From: a virus
Virus record (IMG/VR): IMGVR_UViG_3300028581_000026
Span: 22,554-86,553 of that record
Strand: one strand, 5' to 3'
DNA length: 64,000 bases
A program made the position numbers and the translations under genes. Below, in pieces: positions 56,033-64,000 of this stretch. The notes beneath the pieces are model-generated. The model was not told the DNA's origin. It did not search any database and saw nothing but the letters and a program-made list of their open reading frames with translations. Numbering within the stretch: the first letter of the stretch is position 1; every line of letters starts with the position of its first letter.

Positions 56033-59000
56033 TTATGGTACAGCAATATCTCCCGATATTGTCCAAGAATATGTTCCTATGATATTAGATCTGGCGGTGT
56101 CAGCGGCACTACCTATTTGATATTGTAACCCAAGAGCCCCCAAAAACACACCATTTTGTAATGAAGGTAAGGAATTCCATCCAACTAAAAGTGATTCATA
56201 ATTTGATTGACTTATTCCACAAGTGTTTAACATAAATGACATACTTGTAACATTTGAAACATCCCATCCACTTATATCTTGATTAAATAATGTCGCATTT
56301 GCGAACATACTTAACATATTTGTTACATTAGATACATCCCATCCACTTATATCTTGATTAAATAATGTCGCATTTGCGAACATATTACTCATGTTAGTTG
56401 CATTAGACACATTCCATCCACTCAGTGGTTGGTTAAATACTATTGCAGTTGAAAACATTCCAGACATATTTGTTATATTGGATACATTCCAATTATTCAA
56501 CGGTTGATTAAATGATGTTGCCGAAGTAAACATATTTGCTGAATTAACTAAGTTAGATACATCCCAATTATTTATATCTTGATTAAAATCAAATGCGGTT
56601 TGGAACATTCTAAGTGTAGTTGTAACATTTGATACGTCCCAAGAACCAATAGGGTGATTAAATGATGTCGCATTTCTAAATGTTTCAGTCATATCAGTAA
56701 TTGTTGAAACGTCCCAAAACTCAGCATTATTGATTGTTGTAATTGAAGTACAATTTCTAAATGTTTGAACTAATGTTGATGTTGTTGATAAGTCAATGAA
56801 ATCTGTAGTCCCACTCAATTCCAAATTAACACAACCATAGAAATGACCTGGTGAATCACCTAATTCTAAAATACCCCATTGTTTAATCTCCATTAATTTT
56901 CCTCTATCTCCACTATTATTAAATGTCCAACCACTTAATTGTCCACTAATTGATACCTCATATGTACCAACTGCGGTATATGTATGTTCAACATTTGGAT
57001 CATTCCAAGTATTAATTGTTTCAACTACACCATCGCCCCAATCCACATCAAAACTATATGAACCACCACTTACTAAAGGTAACTTAAACGTATCAATATT
57101 TGTTGACCCTAAACTAATTTTTGTTGTATCTACCGTAAATATAAATGGAGCTAAAACTGGTAGAGCACATACTTCACAACTTATATCATAATAAACTTTA
57201 ACCCCAACAATTACTTCAGAATCAATATATTCTTGTGGTGGATTACTTATTGTTCCAATCGTTATTTTATTTTCAATTGGTTCAATATCTACATATGTTA
57301 TTCCGGAATAACTCAATAACAAAATCTTAACCGTATCGTAATATAAATTATCCGCAGGAAAATCGTTTAATGTTGTTGCAGTATAAAAGGTTTGACCTGT
57401 ACTTGATGTTGTAACACCAGATAATGTCACTTCAACCTCAAATACCGCTGAATTTAGAATACAATTTGTGTCACCAGATGTCAAGTCCTTAAATCCTTCT
57501 ATTAACATCTGTTGTGGACCTTTTCTTAGATTTTGTGTCTGATTGGTTAATAATCCTTGTGAAATGGTATAAGTTTGATTTGATTGCAATAACGTATAAC
57601 CTATTAATGTTATACTTCTACTCAATGTACATCCATAAGCATCCGTAATTGTAACAGAATAAGTCCCTGCTGAAAGATTATTAATCGTTAGACCTGTTTG
57701 TCCATTTACATTTGGACTCCAATTAACGGCAAATGGTGGAGTTCCATCTGTAATGAAAATACTGATTTCACCATCATTTGAAAATAAAGGATTCAATGAT
57801 GATAAAACATAATTTAGATTACTTAGATTTGGTATTGTTATTGGTAAAATCTGTTGACATAAATTAACATCCGTAACTTTTGCAGTATAATTCCCTGGTA
57901 ATAAATTTTGGAATGTATAAGTTAATCCTGTTTGACCAAAAATGTCATAACCATTAATTTCATACCTATATGGTCCAGTTCCTCCACTAGTAATTGATAA
58001 TACAACTTCTCCATTCGGTAAATTACAAGTAGCGCCAGATGTTATTGCCGATAAATCAAATAACACATTATTACTAATAACCACAGTACCTGAATAAGGA
58101 CATATGTTTAATGAATCCGTAATTGTTATGGTATAAGTGTCAGAACTTAAAGATGTAAATATAAATCCACCATTTTGTAATGGTTGTATCCCAATTTGTG
58201 AATTATTAAGAGAATCTGTTAAAGTATATGTATATGGTGCTGTCCCACCGAATATAGATATTGATATTTGACCATCAAAATTATTGCAATTTGAGTTTGT
58301 AACATCAAATGTAACAACAGATATAGCACTAGGGGTTAATAATGTCGTGTACGCAGTTGATTGACATAATCCAGCATCTGTGACTGTGGTTGAGAAGTAA
58401 CCCGCAGGTAATCCGGTGAATGTATAAGATGGTGAGAATGTTATCACAATTTCACCATTTGAACCTTGTATATGATATGGGGCAGTTCCCCCTGAAATAT
58501 AAACAGTCGCCTCACCTGTGGCTGAAAAACAAGTTGGTTGAGTATCAATTAAAATTAAACTTGTTAATATGGGTACTGATTCTATTATAGCTCCTTGAGA
58601 CGTACTACATCCAAAGCTATCGGTAACTACAACAGAGTATGACCCATCAGATAATCCGGTAATAGATGGTGTTGTTTGTCCATTAGACCAAAGATATGTA
58701 TATGGTGGAGTTCCTGTTAGTCCCGTAACATACAATGAACCTAAATTTACAGCGCAAGCTGAATTATTAACCTGATACAATCCAAAATTTAATGTTGTTG
58801 AACTTTTAATTATACAACTCTGACTTTTACCTGAACAGCCTCCTCCATCATCAGCAATTACATAATATGTCCCTGCCGACAAAGTATTAAAAACGGCAGT
58901 ATTAACTGGTAGTGATATTACTTGGGATATCCCATCATTAACTTCATATAAATAAAATATTGAGTTATTGTATAAATTATTAGTTGTTGCGGTTATAGAC

Positions 59001-59320
59001 CCATTGTCAAAACCACAAGTTGTATTTGTGGAGTCAATAGATACACAAGTTCCTGACGATATATTAATATTAACCAAAAAATACGTATTCCCTGAAGAAC
59101 AGCTATCAACAATATTAAAGGTATACGTTCCAGCAGTTAGTCCGGTTTGCGAATATCCGGTAATACCAAGACCTAATACAGTTGTTCCTGTTGTTGGGCT
59201 AATCCGTTGGATTATGTAATCTGGCGCTGTCCCATCAATACTAATATCAAAAGCACCTAAACTACTATTTGAACAATCCCCTGTTATACCATTAATTCCA
59301 ACTCCTAAATCACAAGCCAT
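56033..59320 (-). CDS. SprB-repeat, PKD and BspA/DUF285-repeat adhesin-like protein
   Basis: Multiple GGT.PY.Y...GL.AG.Y.VTVTD..GC repeats; VDWGDG; WDVSNVTNM..MF repeats. Confidence 0.85.
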   Translation of the reverse strand: MACDLGVGINGITGDCSNSSLGAFDISIDGTAPDYIIQRISPTTGTTVLGLGITGYSQTGLTAGTYTFNIVDSCSSGNTYFLVNINISSGTCVSIDSTNTTCGFDNGSITATTNNLYNNSIFYLYEVNDGISQVISLPVNTAVFNTLSAGTYYVIADDGGGCSGKSQSCIIKSSTTLNFGLYQVNNSACAVNLGSLYVTGLTGTPPYTYLWSNGQTTPSITGLSDGSYSVVVTDSFGCSTSQGAIIESVPILTSLILIDTQPTCFSATGEATVYISGGTAPYHIQGSNGEIVITFSPSYTFTGLPAGYFSTTVTDAGLCQSTAYTTLLTPSAISVVTFDVTNSNCNNFDGQISISIFGGTAPYTYTLTDSLNNSQIGIQPLQNGGFIFTSLSSDTYTITITDSLNICPYSGTVVISNNVLFDLSAITSGATCNLPNGEVVLSITSGGTGPYRYEINGYDIFGQTGLTYTFQNLLPGNYTAKVTDVNLCQQILPITIPNLSNLNYVLSSLNPLFSNDGEISIFITDGTPPFAVNWSPNVNGQTGLTINNLSAGTYSVTITDAYGCTLSRSITLIGYTLLQSNQTYTISQGLLTNQTQNLRKGPQQMLIEGFKDLTSGDTNCILNSAVFEVEVTLSGVTTSSTGQTFYTATTLNDFPADNLYYDTVKILLLSYSGITYVDIEPIENKITIGTISNPPQEYIDSEVIVGVKVYYDISCEVCALPVLAPFIFTVDTTKISLGSTNIDTFKLPLVSGGSYSFDVDWGDGVVETINTWNDPNVEHTYTAVGTYEVSISGQLSGWTFNNSGDRGKLMEIKQWGILELGDSPGHFYGCVNLELSGTTDFIDLSTTSTLVQTFRNCTSITTINNAEFWDVSTITDMTETFRNATSFNHPIGSWDVSNVTTTLRMFQTAFDFNQDINNWDVSNLVNSANMFTSATSFNQPLNNWNVSNITNMSGMFSTAIVFNQPLSGWNVSNATNMSNMFANATLFNQDISGWDVSNVTNMLSMFANATLFNQDISGWDVSNVTSMSFMLNTCGISQSNYESLLVGWNSLPSLQNGVFLGALGLQYQIGSAADTARSNIIGTYSWTISGDIAVP
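56259..56384. repeat. 75-bp-period tandem duplication (51 bp identical) inside the DUF285 repeats
   Basis: acatcccatccacttatatcttgattaaataatgtcgcatttgcgaacata at 56259 and 56334. Confidence 0.9.
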
Positions 59321-62300
59321 TAATTACAATAAATTTTAAAGTTTATACCAATATCTATACTAAATGTAAATCCACTATCGTCAGTTGAACACACTTGATT
59401 GTAAACAACAACCGTATTACTATCAGTTAAGTAATAATCATATCCCAAGGATTTTAAAGAGTTTAAAGCTGAAATCAATGCGTTATAATATTGTGTTTCA
59501 GTTGGTGCATTAAATGGAGCTATTGAATATGTGTTTCCGGTGAAAAATTCATTCTGAACAATGGTGTTACCACTTACTTTTAGTTCAATATACCAATTAC
59601 TTTGTAGTGTGTTTAATAAACAATCGTTTAGTTCATATCCATTTACACTTAAATAATTATTCAAAATACTTCCTAATACTCCAGTTAATGTTAATATTTG
59701 AGGATTTGACTGCCAAGAATAAATTTGACACTCAACAGATTCAGCACTACAATCATACTGAAATACATCTGTAATAAGTGTTGATGGTCTATTGAGTGGT
59801 ACTCCACCTTTAAATCCGCCATTATTATTTTTAACACTTCCACCATCATTAAATTTAATTGATGGAACTTCAACACCACTAGGTGGTGTTGATATTGATG
59901 GACTTGTTTTAGGATCTTTAATTGGAGGGAATTCTTGAGCCCCACCCTTATCATTAGGCACAATTTCGCAACCCTCTTGTCTTCTCCAAACAAATTTTTG
60001 TCTATGGAATATTGAATTTTCCATTCTAATTCCTGTGTTCCAAATTGTTGTTGCGGGAACCATTTGTTCAATCAATCTAATCCAATAATCACCCATCCCA
60101 TTAACGTATTCAATCATATTTTCATATTTGAAATTGTTATTTGGTAGATTGGCAATTTCCTCAGATTGGATATATCTCCAATAGATTGAATCCAAGGTTG
60201 GATACCCCCCAGTTTTTCCATTTGATGAGAATTGTCTATTTCTAACATTGATTGTATTTTGCCAAAATGTTTGAGCAAATTCAAAGAATGTTTTTCTCTT
60301 TGGTTGGGGATTGATAATAGTCCAATCCACCCCACCTTTATTAGGATAATATTTAATTGGGTTTGGGTCACATGCTGTTGGTTGAATATAATTTAAACCT
60401 TGATTTGGGATTGGGTAATTGTCTTGTCTTGACATTGACCATACATCATATAATAACCCTTGAGCTGGGTTCATAAAGATATCAACGTTTTTAACATTTA
60501 ATACCAATCTTTCATCATCAACAAAATACCTTGCATTTAAATTACCATCTAAATTACTCCGTAATCCAGTTTCGGTATCAAACCAACTCTTATTATTATC
60601 AATTTGAGAAGTTAATCTAAAACCAAGATTCATAAATGGAAATCTCCTATATCTATTTAAATATATTTGACCATATGATGGTGGTAGTAGATTTGTCTGT
60701 AATACTGTACTTTGACCTGTAAATATACTAAATGTTAAATTAATAACTTCTGGGCCTCTGTGTTGTGGAGTTTGTTCAAACCATCCTCCTCCAATTTGGA
60801 AGAAATAACTCTCCGTATCTTCAGGTGTCCTTGGGTAACCTTGAGAATCTATCGGATAATCCTCCAAATTTAAATTAACACTAGTAATTGAATTTGTTGA
60901 GGTGAATCCCGTGTATTCAATACCTTGAATTGAAAATATATTTCCTTCTTCTAATATTGGGGTTTCTTGAATATATGTCCCACCAGAAATTAAACCCCAA
61001 TAAGTGTCAAATTCAGATAAATTAATTCTTTGGTCGGCTAAATAAATATATTCATTGAACTCAACCAATGCTTCAGGGGCTCCAACTAACCTTAATAAAC
61101 CTTCAATTGATTTTCTAGTACCTTTTGATTTAAAAAGATAGGCTGAATTTAATATTATATTCCTAAAGTATTGATAATTTAATTCATCCGGAGTTGAGCG
61201 TATTGCTACACCACTGAAATTTGAGGTGTCCGTATTTGTATCACCGAATATTGAGGTTAAAAAATTGTCGTTTGATATTGGTGTTATATTTGTATTCCAT
61301 CCTAATGTTTGTGCTAAATTTTTTAATAACTGGGATGGAATATCATTTCTAACTGTATAATTAACCGAATTTACAAATGATAGAGATGTAATGAATTTTT
61401 GAACATCATCAAAACTTCTACCGAAAATTTGTAATATTTTTTCAATTTTTCTATCATCAGTGTCAAATTCTGTAAATGCTCCAGTTGCTAAAAACCTTGA
61501 TACTAAATTTGTTTGTTGATTATCATAATAAACCGCAATTTCATTTAAAGAAGTTAAATATCTATCAAAATTAGATGTTAAAATATCAATATTCCATCTA
61601 CCATACAACGGAAAAGTTATTTGACGATTTTGGATATAAACTGTTCCATCTTCAGCTTCAATTGGTACTTTGAATGTTGAGGTATATAATGGTGTTATAT
61701 CCCTATTTAATAAGAAATTTTCAACATCATCTAAATCTTCATTGAAGACTTTTGCAACAACAAAGTCATTTGGTCGTATAACTATATCATTATATATTGT
61801 TGTTTGACCTAAAAATGGATTTCCACTTACATATATTGTTAAATAACCACTAGTTAATCCGCTTGTTGATACTATTCTAGTTACATTATATCCATTACCT
61901 AAATAATACAGTGAATAATTGACATACTGAGTTGTCATATCTCTCAATGGAGATACTTTTATTTCTCTTAATTCCAAATTCCTAGTTGAATTAACCGTAT
62001 AATCAATTTCAAAAGGATTACGAATTCTTGATAAATTCAATCGGAATGAGGTTTCATTCGCTACAACGTTATAAACAATATTTTCTGCGGTAACACCGGA
62101 TGTATAATCAATACTAATTGATGTTGATTCAATTGCCGCAGGGAAATAATTAATAATTTTTGTGATGGCAGATGATATCCTTTTGACCATTGAACCATAT
62201 AAAACAAAGTTTGTTACTTGAGATAAATCAAAATTTGGATATATCTTAAAATTATTCTCAATAATTGCCTTGGCTTGATTAATATCGGTAATTCCCATTG

Positions 62301-62490
62301 AGTCCAAGCTCATTGGATTTGAGAATACCCCAGTACTAAAATTACGATTAACTTTTTCAGTAACCGCAGTTGTGAAATTAAAATTACCTTGAGTTAAACC
62401 ACCCCCAGTAACAAGTTGGAATCCTACCAAATTGTCAGAAAAAGTACCTTCACCTGTTGGTGGTTGTGGGGGACAAGTAAATTTAGCCAT
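59320..62490 (-). CDS. Large putative baseplate/tail protein
   Basis: 1056 aa; LLKNLAQTLGW...YLFKSKGTRKSIEGLLRLVG resembles baseplate wedge (P2 gpI-like) motifs. Confidence 0.65.
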   Translation of the reverse strand: MAKFTCPPQPPTGEGTFSDNLVGFQLVTGGGLTQGNFNFTTAVTEKVNRNFSTGVFSNPMSLDSMGITDINQAKAIIENNFKIYPNFDLSQVTNFVLYGSMVKRISSAITKIINYFPAAIESTSISIDYTSGVTAENIVYNVVANETSFRLNLSRIRNPFEIDYTVNSTRNLELREIKVSPLRDMTTQYVNYSLYYLGNGYNVTRIVSTSGLTSGYLTIYVSGNPFLGQTTIYNDIVIRPNDFVVAKVFNEDLDDVENFLLNRDITPLYTSTFKVPIEAEDGTVYIQNRQITFPLYGRWNIDILTSNFDRYLTSLNEIAVYYDNQQTNLVSRFLATGAFTEFDTDDRKIEKILQIFGRSFDDVQKFITSLSFVNSVNYTVRNDIPSQLLKNLAQTLGWNTNITPISNDNFLTSIFGDTNTDTSNFSGVAIRSTPDELNYQYFRNIILNSAYLFKSKGTRKSIEGLLRLVGAPEALVEFNEYIYLADQRINLSEFDTYWGLISGGTYIQETPILEEGNIFSIQGIEYTGFTSTNSITSVNLNLEDYPIDSQGYPRTPEDTESYFFQIGGGWFEQTPQHRGPEVINLTFSIFTGQSTVLQTNLLPPSYGQIYLNRYRRFPFMNLGFRLTSQIDNNKSWFDTETGLRSNLDGNLNARYFVDDERLVLNVKNVDIFMNPAQGLLYDVWSMSRQDNYPIPNQGLNYIQPTACDPNPIKYYPNKGGVDWTIINPQPKRKTFFEFAQTFWQNTINVRNRQFSSNGKTGGYPTLDSIYWRYIQSEEIANLPNNNFKYENMIEYVNGMGDYWIRLIEQMVPATTIWNTGIRMENSIFHRQKFVWRRQEGCEIVPNDKGGAQEFPPIKDPKTSPSISTPPSGVEVPSIKFNDGGSVKNNNGGFKGGVPLNRPSTLITDVFQYDCSAESVECQIYSWQSNPQILTLTGVLGSILNNYLSVNGYELNDCLLNTLQSNWYIELKVSGNTIVQNEFFTGNTYSIAPFNAPTETQYYNALISALNSLKSLGYDYYLTDSNTVVVYNQVCSTDDSGFTFSIDIGINFKIYCN

Positions 62491-63398
62491 TATTGAGTTA
62501 TATTTGTGAAGTTTTTACTGAAATCAACATTATCTCCTCTGTCTTGTCTAACCTCAAATAGAAGGTCATTAAATTGGTCTCGTATTTCGTATAAATTGTA
62601 TTGTTTATATATGTTATTATTACTATCGTATAATGTGTAAATACCATCATCAATTGATTTGGTCTGATTGCCAAATAATCCAATAGCCAATGTTGAAAAG
62701 TCGTGTTCAGCAATTTCAATATCCATAACAATCGGATTAAAGAATGTATTTGTTATAATAATATTCTGATTTGGTTGTCCAATATATGGTACAGCATTAG
62801 GTTTGTTAGATGGTGCGGTTGATGGTGATAATGTACAAAATATTAGATTTGAATTTGAATCTGTATATCGGTATCTAATTGACCTCTGAGAGGTGTTTGT
62901 TAAGTTTTGGACAACTGGTTCGCAAAAGAAAGATGATGTAATGATACGGAAGAAATTGGGTATTTTAGACCCATCTGTATTCAAGTATTCAACTCTGAAT
63001 CCAACCAACCCTTGATTGGTGAATTTATTTCTAAATTCATTTGGAACTGAGTTTAAATCAATAACCAAACCCTTAACATTAGGTAATGCTGATAATATGC
63101 CGCAATCCAAAATTGTAGTTCTAATTTGAGCAGGTCTAATCATTAATGTATAGATTCCAACTCTGTTAAATTGTTCCGCAGGTAATGTTAAATTATATAA
63201 ACCACCCAATATCTCAACATTGGCGTTTCCACCAGTGCTTGAGTTATTGAAATATGGTCTTAAGATTGATTTCGCATTTAATTTTGTTAATAAGAAGTTC
63301 TGTGTTTCATCTCTTGATGGTGTATAATTCAATATAATTTCAACATCTTCTGGGGAAACATCCGCTTGTCTTATGGTTCCATAATTGCCTATTGCCAT
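62490..63398 (-). CDS. Conserved putative structural protein
   Basis: 302 aa in the structural operon; TATTTAT upstream (about 63416-63422). Confidence 0.7.
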   Translation of the reverse strand: MAIGNYGTIRQADVSPEDVEIILNYTPSRDETQNFLLTKLNAKSILRPYFNNSSTGGNANVEILGGLYNLTLPAEQFNRVGIYTLMIRPAQIRTTILDCGILSALPNVKGLVIDLNSVPNEFRNKFTNQGLVGFRVEYLNTDGSKIPNFFRIITSSFFCEPVVQNLTNTSQRSIRYRYTDSNSNLIFCTLSPSTAPSNKPNAVPYIGQPNQNIIITNTFFNPIVMDIEIAEHDFSTLAIGLFGNQTKSIDDGIYTLYDSNNNIYKQYNLYEIRDQFNDLLFEVRQDRGDNVDFSKNFTNITQ

Positions 63399-63428
63399 TT
63401 TTTTATTTGTTTTTTATAAATATCAATT

Positions 63429-64000
63429 TTATGTTTTTATAACATTAAAAAATCCATAACCATACTTGGTTAAATCCCCAACATTATCTACCTCACCCAA
63501 TCTCATAAGTCTCTCTAAAGCCGAATTCTTTCCTCTCTCAACAAATACAGCAGATTGTACTTCAGGTTCATCAACAACATTTAAGAGATATTCTTCCTTG
63601 GTTATTGCTGAACATACAACATCAATTGGACTTACACCTGAAACAACGAATATGGTTAAATCTTCAGGATAATCAAAATAATCTAAATTATTGATTGTAT
63701 ATGCTGTATATGGAAATTGTGGATTTGGTTGGTATACAATACCCTTTACTCCTGTTGATCCAGTTACTGGGGTGCTATGTTTAAATTTAATAGGTCCATA
63801 TTGTACTAAGTCATTGATTGATGAATTGGTATAGCCTGATATAACCAAAGGTCCATCTAAGAAGGGATTATCCCCACTCTGATATATTTCACAAGTTGTA
63901 TCTCCGCTAAACAAGTAATCATAATCTAATGAAGTACCTGACCAACTACCACCCAACGGAGTGAAATACGCCGTACCGCTAACATTATCCACAGTTACTG
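63429..64000 (-). CDS. Partial putative structural protein (starts beyond window end)
   Basis: Open frame to window edge; C-terminal VQSAVFVERGKNSALE...YGYGFF. Confidence 0.7.
   Translation of the reverse strand, partial: VTVDNVSGTAYFTPLGGSWSGTSLDYDYLFSGDTTCEIYQSGDNPFLDGPLVISGYTNSSINDLVQYGPIKFKHSTPVTGSTGVKGIVYQPNPQFPYTAYTINNLDYFDYPEDLTIFVVSGVSPIDVVCSAITKEEYLLNVVDEPEVQSAVFVERGKNSALERLMRLGEVDNVGDLTKYGYGFFNVIKT

Noticed and set aside
56259-56384. DGR template/variable repeat pair
   Set aside because: Copies are adjacent, in frame and identical rather than adenine-diverged; no reverse transcriptase in the window.
1-64000. Stop-codon reassignment
   Set aside because: Long conserved genes are intact in code 11 and end in TAA, TAG or TGA; the single in-frame TAA at 6356 is isolated.

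Overview
AT-rich, gene-dense segment of a large (jumbo-type) tailed-phage genome. The host is probably in Bacteroidota, judged from a region-1.1-less sigma70, SprB repeats, an Hc1-like protein, a DUF6576-like motif and A-rich leaders without Shine-Dalgarno sites. All family assignments are by motif recognition, not database search. About 1-45.4 kb is mostly minus strand and carries: four C5 and two N6 DNA methyltransferases, glutaredoxin/thioredoxin, DnaJ, a lysis-like trio, a sigma factor, SbcD/SbcC, primase, a PD-(D/E)XK exonuclease, and many small or putative head-internal proteins. About 45.4-64 kb is a virion/tail region with Pro/Thr-rich, Cys-rich and SprB/BspA proteins plus a RuvC-like resolvase. 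Highlights: (1) A 5.1-kb element (36122-41263) with integron-cassette architecture: its start GTTATGTGTA is complementary to TACACATAAC at the start of a 130-bp attC-like hairpin. It carries a helicase-nuclease/methyltransferase defence-like module, and a second orphan cassette-start-like sequence lies at 28330. (2) sbcC is fractured at its Walker A motif by an atypically split intein (29-aa IntN, 122-aa IntC) with a free-standing Vsr-like endonuclease between the halves; the endonuclease start is occluded by a hairpin whose loop holds the putative late promoter. (3) A glycosyltransferase resembling plant protein O-glycosyltransferases (HPAT/SGT1) sits among mucin-like virion genes. (4) Three GGAACT-N16-GGTTTAT promoter-like repeats, a degenerate MetK-like protein and two interrupted genes. 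No tRNA, rRNA or CRISPR array was recognised.
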